The translations under genes and the position numbers were made by a program. Of a stretch of 64,000 bases of DNA, positions 1 to 9,489 are shown piece by piece (within the stretch, counting starts at the first letter, position 1; each line of letters starts with the position of its first letter). Origin of the DNA: a bacterium. GTDB lineage: Bacteria; Bacteroidota; Bacteroidia; NS11-12g; UBA955. The notes beneath the pieces are model-generated. The model was not told where the DNA came from. It did not search any database and saw only the letters and a list, made by a program, of their open reading frames with translations. Where the stretch lies: positions 9,336 to 73,335 of the forward strand of contig JAQSCZ010000094.1 of assembly GCA_029945665.1 (NCBI GenBank). Reading direction: 5' to 3'.

Positions 1-3000
1 TTAGCTACCTCGGTTTGTCCTGCTAAATAATAAGCCGCTGCCAATCGCCATTGCGCACACAAAGCCAAGCCCTTTTCTTCACGCATTCTATTCATTGCAC
101 CCAACTCTGCACTACCCGCCAAAGCCAATACATATAAACGATACGCTTGTATGTGTTGATTGGATGCCTCGCCATGATCGTAATAATAGGTATTGTTATG
201 AATGTCCCAATTCTTTGCTCTTTCTGTTTGAAATTTCACCCATTTACTTTTCATATTAACAGGCAAACTATAACCTGATTTTTCTGCTTCTAACATAAAA
301 TGCCCCGCATAATTTGAGCCCCATTCACTTTCTTCTATTTCTCCAGGCCAGTATGAGAAACCGCCATTCGAAGTTTGAAATAATTGCAAACGTCTTAAAC
401 CTGCTCTTATATTTTTAGCAATTCTATCTTTCTGTGTCGTTTTTAAATCCATTAAATTAGAAACAAATAATTGAGGGAATACAGATGAAGTTGTTTGCTC
501 GATACAACCGTGCGGATAACTGATTAAATAATCCATGCGTTTATCTAATCCGATTGAAGGACGGTTAGACACTTCGACCACCATTTGATTGGTTCCAGAC
601 AAACCAGTATATTTAACTATATCGCTTATACTTTTACCTGCTTGTAATAAATATTCATTGGCAACAGTTACTTTTGGATTGGCAATTCTCACATCTAATT
701 CGATTGTTTGTGTCGCTTTTTCTTTACCACTAGTCGCTATTATTTTCACTCTTGCAACACCTGTTTTTTCAGCCACATTTAATTTAAAATTCAATACTTC
801 GTCTCCAGTCGTTTTGAAAAAACAATTTTGTTTATTACTACCATCAATTGTTAAAAATTCATTCACTTGTATTTCAACTTTCACATCTTTTACATGTTGT
901 TCCATTGCAAAAATATCGACCGGTAAATAAACAGATTCTTTTGGTCCCAATACCCGCGGCAGCGTAGCAATAACCATCAATGGTTTTTTTACGGCAACTG
1001 TTTTTTCTGCACTGCCATAAGCGCCTTCATTTTGTGCCACTATCATTACACGCACCGAGCCCGAATAATTAGGAAGTTCAATTGCATGGCTCTTTTGTTG
1101 ACCAGCACTTAAATAATAAGGACCAATAAATTTCACCATTGGTTTAAAACGGTTGGCCTTTACTCCCTTACCCGACAATCCATCGCCATCGCCTCCAATA
1201 CTCAACAGCTTATCGAGCTTGCCTGCATAAGCGCCTATCACCGCATCATACATGTCCCAAGTTTTTACACCCAATGCTTCCTTCGCATAAAATGTTTGCC
1301 AAGGTTCGGGTGTTTTAAAACGTGTTAAATCCAACAAACCTTCGTCAACAATTGCCAATGTATAGGCCATTGGTTGGCCTTGCAATTCTTTTACCACGAC
1401 ATTTACTTTGCGCTCAGGCTCCCAAACATTCGCCATTACCAACAGCGGCTTTAAATGCGTTTTAGGATCATCAATATTTAATGAAATAACTCCATACATG
1501 CGAATTGGTAAATCATTTTTTGTATTCGCATGCGGCTGCACCAAAGTAACATGCACGTATGCATTTGGACTCATATCTGCTGTGGCTTTAAATGTATATT
1601 TGGTTTCGCCAGCTTGTGTATTAATCCATGTTTTCTTAATTACTCTCGAACCCGTTTCAATGCTTACTAAGGCCTTGCCTGCCGCTGAAGATGGGAAAGA
1701 CAATTGTATATTTTCGCCGACCGTATATTGTGTTTTATCGCATGAGAAATTCAACATCGTAGAATTATCATGACCGGTTCTATTGCCACGGCTCCAAGAA
1801 GGCCAATCAACTACCACTACTTTTCCTGTTTGATGTCCGCCTTTTATATCTGAAACAGTTACCAAGTATCTACCATAATCCTCCTCGCCAACTCTAAATT
1901 TAAATTGGGCTTTTCCATTCAACGTTTTTATCATGCTATCTTTAATAACAATTGCACTTGAGCGAGAGACATAAGCAGCCATATCATCTTCATCATCTTC
2001 GTACCACCAACGCCATTGCAGTTTGTATATTTTTAGTTGTACTTGGTCGGCATTTACGGCTGCACCATCTGCATTCACTGTCGCTATTTCGAACAGGTGA
2101 CTACTTGAAGTACTCAATGGATTATTTTTTGTATCGGGTGTTCTTAATCCAACATAGGTTGTATAAGGTGAATAAGGTGCGCTAAATCGATCGACACTAA
2201 AATCACCACCTTCTTCGAATACGCGGGTTACAAAATTAGCTCTTAGCAATCCCGGAGCTGTTTTACCGGCCGAAAATCCTGAAACAATTCCAGCATTGCC
2301 CGCTTCGTTTAAATGCCCATCGTACAACATTATTTCATCGCCATAATAAGTGCGCAGCGGCGAATCAAATACAAAATTATGATAGCCATCGAACTTGGTT
2401 TCAGTTTGACTTAATGAAACATTCACCACTGCTCTTAAATTTTTAGCAATGGCTCCGTGCAACCAAAGCGCACGCAACTGTGCAATGGTATCCGATTTAT
2501 TTGCATTGATTTTTGCTTGTTTCAAATCAAAATATATTTTCAAACGATTGGGTTTTACCGTCTCTATTTTTACATTTTTTGTGAACGAACGGTTGCCAAT
2601 TTTTGCAACTGCCATGTAAGTTCCCGTTACCGCTTCGTCGGATGTTGCAGTTCTGAAATCATACAAACCATGCACATTCTCCGATTTGGCTTGCTGATAA
2701 ACAATTTTACCATTGGGATCTTGCAATTCAAATTTAACAGGATAGTTGGCAGGCAATTTTTTCTCTTTATCTTCTAAAATGAAATTCAAATACAAGGAAT
2801 CTCCAGGACGCCAAACACCGCGCTCGCCATAGATAAAACCTTTGATTCCTTTTTGAACCACTTCGCCTTCAACATCAAATTTACTCAATGAATTGGCATT
2901 GCCATCTAATAGTTTTAAATACCCTCTTTGTTTGCCCGAACTGGCCACCATTAAAAATGGTTTTTCTTTCAATTGCACATCCATCATACCTTCTGCATTG

Positions 3001-4724
3001 GTTAGCCCTTTTGCAATTATTTGTTTGGCATAATCAAAATAAGTCACCTCACAATTGCCAACAGGTTGTGCCGTTATCAAATTAGAAATAAATGCATGTG
3101 CGGTTTTATCCTCATCAAGTTTATAAATCATGCCCAAATCTGAAGCGAGAATATTTCTGCTCACCGCTTTTCCATCATAATAATTATCATCACATGTAGA
3201 ATAATTATCGGTATAATAATAACCCCAATTTTCATACCCTCCATCGAAACTGTAACGGTCCCAATTGTTTTCATTCCAATGGCTATTGAACCTATCAAGA
3301 ACTGAATTGGATGAACTTTCTGTTTCCTCTTCTTCAGTGGTTTCTTCCTCATCGCAATTGCACAAAGCATACGATTTATTAAATTTGATACTTACGCGAT
3401 ATATCGCTCCAGGATCAGGATTGATAAGGGTTCCCAAATCTATCACATGGGTATTCCATTGTTTTAAATTTTTTGTTTTATCTTCATTTAATTCAATCTT
3501 TTTCTCTGCTATCACTTTTCCCACTCTTGTCAATCCATCTTCTCCATCTAAATCATTAACTTGCAAAAACTGATGGATATTATTTTGAAATATTTTTATA
3601 ACTCTCACATCTACCGCTTTCAAACTAACTGCTCTGAATGGAAAAATGAGTCCCCCAGAATTCGGTAAAACAGAACCATTCCCCACTAATTTAACACGTG
3701 GTTTTAGTTCTTCGAAAATTAAACCTTCGCTGTAGGGTTGGTTCATGTGAAAACCTTTAACACTTTTAATGCCCGTGGAAACTTTTAATGTTTTTAGACC
3801 TTCCAATCGCAATCCAGGATATACTTTTACCAAATTACCTTCTATAGAGTAGGTCATATTATCTGCACCTTCGAGTGTTATAATTCCTCTTAAGTTTTGA
3901 TTGTAAGCAATGGGTTCTCCAAAATACAATTCAATGGTTTGATCGTCCTCATCAATTACCTTAGAATTAGTCACCGTAAAATCACCCATAGCGGGAATAT
4001 CAACGATTTGTTTTCCTGCAGAAATAGATTGTATGGGCTCACCATTCCAAGTTAGCTCAATGACTCCTTTATCTTTCCCTCTTTTTATGCTATCAATATA
4101 AAAATAAAAACCATTTTGACTGCTAGCATACACCCATCTTAGTTTTGCATTCTGTCCATTTAAAACAGCCTTCATTGTTTCTTTAATAGCAGCAGTATCT
4201 GCAAAATCGGAAGTTGTAATACGACCCGTTAATTTTTGCCATTCCGAGTTATTATCATCATAGGTTCTTAACCCATCAATTGCTACGGTCATGTTCTGAG
4301 GATAAGAAGCAAACTGAAAAACAAATTCTTCGAAATCTGATTTCACGCTTGCCACTTTTTCGAGTTGAAAAGTAGCGGTATAAAACTGATTAACTGGCAA
4401 TGGCTGATCGGGCACAAACTCAATAACTCTCTCGTTAATCCATACTGCTTTGCCTTTTATTCTAGGTTCAAATTCAAAAATACTTTCCAATAAATTTGAA
4501 TCAGGCAGTGTTCTTAAACCTTTTGAACTGCTAGGACAAGCCTCGGCCAACTCGATACGAATGGCATGCTTGCGACTAATATTCCCCGAAGTATAGCCAG
4601 AAACATATTTTCCATATTCAGGATTAACTGCAATGTATTGCGGCTTTTTATTGAGGCAAGAAGCAAGAAAAAATAAACTACCAAGCAGTATGAGTAGTAA
4701 AAGGGTTTTAAATGAAATTTGCAT
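1..4724 (-). CDS. alpha-2-macroglobulin family lipoprotein (partial; C-terminus runs off the left edge)
   Basis: Absent from the ORF track, apparently because it is edge-truncated. My translation from ATG at 4724 gives MQISFKTLLLLILLGSLFFLASC (signal peptide plus lipobox Cys). The track lists no minus-strand fragment in this frame between 1 and 4724, so the frame stays open. Thioester motif YPHGCIEQTTSS is read at about 481-520 (CIEQ = 495-506). The C-proximal stretch CAQWRLAAAYYLAGQ lies at the left edge. Confidence 0.85.
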   Translation of the reverse strand, partial: MQISFKTLLLLILLGSLFFLASCLNKKPQYIAVNPEYGKYVSGYTSGNISRKHAIRIELAEACPSSSKGLRTLPDSNLLESIFEFEPRIKGKAVWINERVIEFVPDQPLPVNQFYTATFQLEKVASVKSDFEEFVFQFASYPQNMTVAIDGLRTYDDNNSEWQKLTGRITTSDFADTAAIKETMKAVLNGQNAKLRWVYASSQNGFYFYIDSIKRGKDKGVIELTWNGEPIQSISAGKQIVDIPAMGDFTVTNSKVIDEDDQTIELYFGEPIAYNQNLRGIITLEGADNMTYSIEGNLVKVYPGLRLEGLKTLKVSTGIKSVKGFHMNQPYSEGLIFEELKPRVKLVGNGSVLPNSGGLIFPFRAVSLKAVDVRVIKIFQNNIHQFLQVNDLDGEDGLTRVGKVIAEKKIELNEDKTKNLKQWNTHVIDLGTLINPDPGAIYRVSIKFNKSYALCNCDEEETTEEEETESSSNSVLDRFNSHWNENNWDRYSFDGGYENWGYYYTDNYSTCDDNYYDGKAVSRNILASDLGMIYKLDEDKTAHAFISNLITAQPVGNCEVTYFDYAKQIIAKGLTNAEGMMDVQLKEKPFLMVASSGKQRGYLKLLDGNANSLSKFDVEGEVVQKGIKGFIYGERGVWRPGDSLYLNFILEDKEKKLPANYPVKFELQDPNGKIVYQQAKSENVHGLYDFRTATSDEAVTGTYMAVAKIGNRSFTKNVKIETVKPNRLKIYFDLKQAKINANKSDTIAQLRALWLHGAIAKNLRAVVNVSLSQTETKFDGYHNFVFDSPLRTYYGDEIMLYDGHLNEAGNAGIVSGFSAGKTAPGLLRANFVTRVFEEGGDFSVDRFSAPYSPYTTYVGLRTPDTKNNPLSTSSSHLFEIATVNADGAAVNADQVQLKIYKLQWRWWYEDDEDDMAAYVSRSSAIVIKDSMIKTLNGKAQFKFRVGEEDYGRYLVTVSDIKGGHQTGKVVVVDWPSWSRGNRTGHDNSTMLNFSCDKTQYTVGENIQLSFPSSAAGKALVSIETGSRVIKKTWINTQAGETKYTFKATADMSPNAYVHVTLVQPHANTKNDLPIRMYGVISLNIDDPKTHLKPLLVMANVWEPERKVNVVVKELQGQPMAYTLAIVDEGLLDLTRFKTPEPWQTFYAKEALGVKTWDMYDAVIGAYAGKLDKLLSIGGDGDGLSGKGVKANRFKPMVKFIGPYYLSAGQQKSHAIELPNYSGSVRVMIVAQNEGAYGSAEKTVAVKKPLMVIATLPRVLGPKESVYLPVDIFAMEQHVKDVKVEIQVNEFLTIDGSNKQNCFFKTTGDEVLNFKLNVAEKTGVARVKIIATSGKEKATQTIELDVRIANPKVTVANEYLLQAGKSISDIVKYTGLSGTNQMVVEVSNRPSIGLDKRMDYLISYPHGCIEQTTSSVFPQLFVSNLMDLKTTQKDRIAKNIRAGLRRLQLFQTSNGGFSYWPGEIEESEWGSNYAGHFMLEAEKSGYSLPVNMKSKWVKFQTERAKNWDIHNNTYYYDHGEASNQHIQAYRLYVLALAGSAELGAMNRMREEKGLALCAQWRLAAAYYLAGQTEVA

Positions 4725-5100
4725 ATTAAATTTGATTGATAGGACAAAGGTGAGGTCTGATAGAAAACTATTTAAGCCCTTTTATAGGATGTTGGTTATA
4801 AATTATTATGTGTGCGGATATGGCAATTATTTGCTTTTTTTCTTTGAAGGAATTCTTTTATACCTATTGTTAATAGCTTTTCGAATGGACTTTTCTCTTG
4901 CTTTGCAAAAAAGTTATCATACGATAGGTTATGTCAAACTATTAAGTTATCGAAAATTAATTCCCTCTGGTCATGAGATCGCTTCACTAAGTTCGAAAAC
5001 CTATCTGGCATGGGTATAACTCAACTGTAATAAGGAACCATTCTATCAGGTTGATTCACCCTATTTTTAATTATCTTTGAATTTTATTACAATTAATTGA

Positions 5101-5865
5101 ATGTCAAAAATTGGTTTAGTACTCTCTGGAGGCGGCACCAGATGCATTGCGCATTTGGGAATTATAAAAGCCTTGAATGAATTTGATATCCATCCGAATA
5201 TTATATCGGGTACCAGTGGAGGTGCTGCTGTTGGTGCTTTTTTAACAAAAGGGTATAGTCCCGAGAAAATTACCGAAATAATTAAGAACGGTAAGCTCTT
5301 TGATTTTAAACATTTTTTATTTGGCAAAGCAGGCTTATTCAATATGTCACTATTCGAAAATTTAATTCTCGAACACTTCCCTGAAAACACTTTCGAAAGT
5401 TTGAAAATACCATTGGTAGTAAATGCAACCGACATTATCAATGGCGTACCTATTTATTTTTCGAAAGGCCAGTTATCCACTGCCATCATAGCTTCCTCTT
5501 GTATTCCTGTAATATTCGAACCCATTGAATACAATGGCTATTTATTGGTAGATGGTGGTGTGCTCAACAATTTACCCATTGAACCTATCATCGATCAATG
5601 TGACAAGCTTATTGGCATTCATGTTAACTCGGTAAGCACCCGCAAAAAAGACTTGCGCATGAAGGATATGCTCGATCGCAGTTTCCATTTTGCATTGCGC
5701 AGCTCCATTATTCAGAAAATCAATTTATGCGACTTGTTTCTTGAGCCGCCGCACATGACCCAATATGGCATGTTCGACTTTGAAAAAAGCGAAGAGATAT
5801 TTAATTATGCTTACCAGTATGCCATCGATCAAAAAGAATCAATTTTAGCTTTCAAAGCTTTATAG
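5101..5865 (+). CDS. patatin-like phospholipase
   Basis: Oxyanion motif SGGGTRC, nucleophile elbow GTSGG and catalytic Asp in VDGGV, in the canonical order. Confidence 0.9.
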   Translation: MSKIGLVLSGGGTRCIAHLGIIKALNEFDIHPNIISGTSGGAAVGAFLTKGYSPEKITEIIKNGKLFDFKHFLFGKAGLFNMSLFENLILEHFPENTFESLKIPLVVNATDIINGVPIYFSKGQLSTAIIASSCIPVIFEPIEYNGYLLVDGGVLNNLPIEPIIDQCDKLIGIHVNSVSTRKKDLRMKDMLDRSFHFALRSSIIQKINLCDLFLEPPHMTQYGMFDFEKSEEIFNYAYQYAIDQKESILAFKAL

Positions 5866-5867
5866 TT

Positions 5868-6704
5868 TTACCATTGTACCAAGGCACCTAAACCCACTTT
5901 TGAAAACATACCATACAGTTTGTTTTTAATGGACAGGCTTTTTATAGTCCCCCATTTTTTATGAAATTTCAAATGTCCATCCAATAATTTTTCATTCTTT
6001 AAAATCCAGCTATAACCTTCAGTGTAAAGATAGGTCGGCAAATCGGGGCGTTGCAACTTCAGGTCTTTAAAGGCATCTGCGCCTTCTTCTTTTTTTGTTG
6101 CTGTATTCTCTCCTCCTATATGTTCAACTATTGAATTTAACACCAAAGCATGGGGGATATGGTGTTTTTTTAATGTCATAGCGTAATCATCATCGGCATA
6201 ATAGAAATCAAACTGCTCATCAAGCAAACCTATTTTATCAAATAAAATTTTTTCGGCTACCAAACACCAGCCCTTGAAATGCTTGCGAACATCATAGCCT
6301 TTCAAAAACATACCACTCGGTATGTTTTCTTCGGGTTGCACCGGACAAAAAGATTTGAATTTGGGGTATTGGGCTTGCACTTTGGCAATGGCCGTGTACC
6401 AGCCTTGATGAAAGATTAAATCATTGTTGCAAAGTGCTAGCATTGTTTGAGTGGCCTCTTGAATTCCAATATTTAAATAGGCATGGAAATTAAATGGTAC
6501 TGCAGGCACTATTACTTTTACATTATCGGGATAAGCAAAGCCATCGGTTAAATAATTGCGATTGCTTTCAACAAGTATGATTTCAAGTTCACATGTATTT
6601 ACAAAATCTTCCGATTGAATGAGTGTGCGAATACAATCAAGTGTCATGCGGTGAATTTTTTCACTGCGGGTATAACTGAGAATGACAACTGAAAGACCTT
6701 CCAT
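5868..6704 (-). CDS. glycosyltransferase family 2-like protein
   Basis: N-terminal VVILSYTRSE...LVESN pattern typical of GT-A/GT2 enzymes; 278 aa. Confidence 0.7.
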   Translation of the reverse strand: MEGLSVVILSYTRSEKIHRMTLDCIRTLIQSEDFVNTCELEIILVESNRNYLTDGFAYPDNVKVIVPAVPFNFHAYLNIGIQEATQTMLALCNNDLIFHQGWYTAIAKVQAQYPKFKSFCPVQPEENIPSGMFLKGYDVRKHFKGWCLVAEKILFDKIGLLDEQFDFYYADDDYAMTLKKHHIPHALVLNSIVEHIGGENTATKKEEGADAFKDLKLQRPDLPTYLYTEGYSWILKNEKLLDGHLKFHKKWGTIKSLSIKNKLYGMFSKVGLGALVQW

Positions 6705-6809
6705 ACTTGCAATAATAATTTATTTTTAGTGAGTGTGGAATAAGTTTGTCATCTTATTTGCCAAAGCTCAAATAAGTCGCCAAACCCATAGTGTCATAGA
6801 TACACATAT

Positions 6810-6865
6810 CCGATGTTGCGACTTCATCGCAACATCGGTTACCAATATATTACCCCTACGGGGTA
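6810..6865. repeat. two adjacent perfect stem-loops in the GT2/gpsA divergent intergenic region
   Basis: CCGATGTTGCGA-cttca-TCGCAACATCGG (6810-6838) and TACCCC-tac-GGGGTA (6851-6865). A third hairpin, TTTTTATTGT-gca-ACAATAAAAA, lies at 6905-6927. Confidence 0.6.
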
Positions 6866-7100
6866 GATAACCTTTTGAGGTATCTCAAATAATTTCTTAT
6901 GCGATTTTTATTGTGCAACAATAAAAAACTTATCTGCACTTATCAATGGTCATAGAAACCATAAACCCACACATACCCAAATATAGCAATAAATTTCCGA
7001 ATTCAACAAAAAAAAACTTATGACACTTATGTGGTAATCAATCCTCGTGCTTATAGTTAACCCCCTTTAATAATACTCATGGAGCAACCTTAATGTAATT

Positions 7101-7108
7101 TATTTTTG
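7101..7108 (+). promoter_or_regulatory. candidate Bacteroidota -7 box (TATTTTTG) upstream of gpsA
   Basis: Matches TAnnTTTG and lies 36 nt before the GTG start. No clear -33 TTTG was seen. Confidence 0.35.
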
Positions 7109-7144
7109 TTTCAAAATTGAAACACACTAAATTCGCCCACAACA

Positions 7145-8152
7145 GTGGTTAATCAAATTAAAAAAATTGCAGTGATAGGCAATGGCAGTTGGGCCACCGC
7201 CTTAATAAAAATAATGAGTGACAGCAATGCGCCAATTAGCATTCATTGGGCACTCAGAAAGGAAGAAGATGTTAATTTTATTAATAATTACGGGCATAAT
7301 CCGCGCTATCTAGCCGATGTCCGATTAAATTTTGATAAAGTAAGCATTAGCAATAATCTAGCTGTCACAGTTAAAGAGGCCGATATGGTACTGATTGCTG
7401 TACCTTCCGCATTTGTTCACAGTGTACTAAGTGAATTAGAACCAGAGGCTCTTAAAAACAAAATAATTCTATCAGCTGTAAAAGGCGTGATTCCAGAAAC
7501 CCACCAAATTATCAGTCATTATTTACAAGAAACCTGGGGTGTAGCTAAAGAACATATTGCAGCCGTTAGCGGACCATGCCACGCTGAAGAAGTTGCCATG
7601 GAAAAACTGAGTTTCCTAACCATTGCCTCTATTAACGAAATAACTGCTGAACACATTGCCAACCTATTAAGTTGCCATTATATTTTATGTAAAACAACCA
7701 CCGATATAGATGGTATTGAATATTCTTCGGTGCTTAAAAATATATATGCCATAGCATGCGGTATTTGTCATGGGATTGGCTACGGCGACAATTTTCAAGC
7801 GGTTTTGGTATCAAGTGCTGCCAGAGAAATTGAACGCTTCTTAGATGCCAGTCACCAAACCCACCGTGATGTTAAAGAGAATGCCTACTTAGGCGATTTA
7901 TTGGTAACTGCTTATTCACAGTTTAGCAGAAATAGAACCTTTGGCAACATGTTAGGCAAAGGCTATAATGTTAAAAGCGCCCAAATGGAAATGAACATGA
8001 TAGCCGAAGGTTATTATGCCACCAAAACCATGCACGATATTAATGAAGATGTTAAATCGGACATGCCCATATTGGATGCCGTTTTTGAAATTATCTATCA
8101 AAATGCCTCGACCAAAAAAACAATGGCTGCTTTGACAGAGAAACTGGTGTAG
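7145..8152 (+). CDS. gpsA: NAD(P)H-dependent glycerol-3-phosphate dehydrogenase
   Basis: N-terminal Rossmann motif IAVIGNGSWATAL; GPCHAEEV and NMIAEGY blocks typical of GpsA; 335 aa. Confidence 0.93.
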   Translation: MVNQIKKIAVIGNGSWATALIKIMSDSNAPISIHWALRKEEDVNFINNYGHNPRYLADVRLNFDKVSISNNLAVTVKEADMVLIAVPSAFVHSVLSELEPEALKNKIILSAVKGVIPETHQIISHYLQETWGVAKEHIAAVSGPCHAEEVAMEKLSFLTIASINEITAEHIANLLSCHYILCKTTTDIDGIEYSSVLKNIYAIACGICHGIGYGDNFQAVLVSSAAREIERFLDASHQTHRDVKENAYLGDLLVTAYSQFSRNRTFGNMLGKGYNVKSAQMEMNMIAEGYYATKTMHDINEDVKSDMPILDAVFEIIYQNASTKKTMAALTEKLV

Positions 8153-8179
8153 GGTCATGATATATCATGACCCTACACC
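8146..8179. terminator. 34-bp perfect palindrome between convergent gpsA and the symporter gene (likely bidirectional terminator; member of a repeat family)
   Basis: GGTGTAGGGTCATGATA / TATCATGACCCTACACC. It overlaps the gpsA TAG stop (8150-8152). The core GGTCATGATATATCATGACC recurs at 21542-21563 and 21590-21609. Confidence 0.65.
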
Positions 8180-8185
8180 CGAACA

Positions 8186-9415
8186 CTAATGATGTATTGC
8201 TTCCCCTTCCATCTTGCTGACAGCTACCGTGGCAATGGCATTACCCACTACATTGGTAGCAGTGCGACCCATATCTAAAAACTGATCGATAGGCAATAGC
8301 AAAGCCAAGCCTGCTTCGGGAATATTAAAACTTGAGATAGTAGCTGCAATAACAACTAACGAAGCTCGAGGCACGCCTGCTATCCCTTTGCTTGTTATCA
8401 TTAATACCAGTAGCATTGTAATTTGCTGACCAGTGGTTAAATCAACACCATAGGCTTGAGCAATCAACAATGAACCAAAGGTCATATACATCATACTGCC
8501 ATCTAAATTAAAAGAATAGCCTAAGGGCAAAACAAAGCTGGTAATTTTTTCTTTGATACCAAATCTATCCAATTGATTTAATAATTTTGGGTAAGCGGAT
8601 TCACTACTTGCGGTAGCAAAAGCCAACATCAAAGGTTCTTTAATATGACTTAATAAACTCCAAACTTTATGCTTTATAAATGCATAACCAAAACCCAACA
8701 ATACAATCCACAACACTAACAAACCTAAATAAAACATACCGATTAGTTTGCTGTATTGCACCAGTATACCTATCCCTTTTTCTGCTACAACAATAGAGAT
8801 TGAACTGAAGACAGCAAAAGGAGCAATCCACATAATCATATTGGTTAATTTTAACATGGCATGGGCCAAACTATCCATCAGTTTTACCATTGGCTCTCCT
8901 TTCTCTCCTATGCCCGCTAAAGCCAGTCCAAAAAAGATGGAGAATATCACAATTTGCAAAACCATTTTATGACTTGACAGGGCTACAAAAATATTTTCAG
9001 GAATTAATTGATCCACAAAATGGGCCAATGTAAATCCTTCTGTCGTTGGTATAGAAGTGATTGCTTGGGTTGGTAATTGCCCGACAAACTGATCGCCAGG
9101 GCGCAATACATTAACCAATATTAATCCCAATGTCAATGAAATTAAACTCGCAAAAATAAACCAACCGATGGTTTTAACACCCATGCGGCCAACCGTTTTA
9201 GCATCGCCAATACTTGCCACACCAACCACAAGCGTACTCAATACCAGCGGTCCAATAATCAATTTAATTAATTTCAAAAAGATAACACTGCCAAAAGAGG
9301 CAATGCCCGCATAGTGCTTAATTGCTTGAGCACTTGCATTCAAATTCACAACGGAGCCTACAACTATTCCTAGCAATAATCCTAAGATTATTAAATGTGT
9401 TAATTTTATTTTCAT
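8186..9415 (-). CDS. dicarboxylate/amino acid:cation symporter (DAACS family)
   Basis: Multi-pass membrane protein of 409 aa. It has an ATASSESAYP block (SSSE-type motif) and the C-terminal DxxRTxxNVxGN motif (DMGRTATNVVGN). Confidence 0.88.
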   Translation of the reverse strand: MKIKLTHLIILGLLLGIVVGSVVNLNASAQAIKHYAGIASFGSVIFLKLIKLIIGPLVLSTLVVGVASIGDAKTVGRMGVKTIGWFIFASLISLTLGLILVNVLRPGDQFVGQLPTQAITSIPTTEGFTLAHFVDQLIPENIFVALSSHKMVLQIVIFSIFFGLALAGIGEKGEPMVKLMDSLAHAMLKLTNMIMWIAPFAVFSSISIVVAEKGIGILVQYSKLIGMFYLGLLVLWIVLLGFGYAFIKHKVWSLLSHIKEPLMLAFATASSESAYPKLLNQLDRFGIKEKITSFVLPLGYSFNLDGSMMYMTFGSLLIAQAYGVDLTTGQQITMLLVLMITSKGIAGVPRASLVVIAATISSFNIPEAGLALLLPIDQFLDMGRTATNVVGNAIATVAVSKMEGEAIHH

Positions 9416-9489
9416 TATTTTAAACCATCATTCCTCCCGATAGAAAATACCGTCTTATCCATCTTCATTCTCTACAAACTTACAAAAAA

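Noticed and set aside
589-4747. Many 60-130-aa ORFs in the track across 589-4747 (for example 589-930, 1408-1773, 2457-2777, 3265-3573 and 4514-4747).
   Set aside because: They lie antisense to, or out of frame with, the long open alpha-2-macroglobulin frame. They have low-complexity, hydrophobic translations typical of shadow ORFs in AT-rich DNA.
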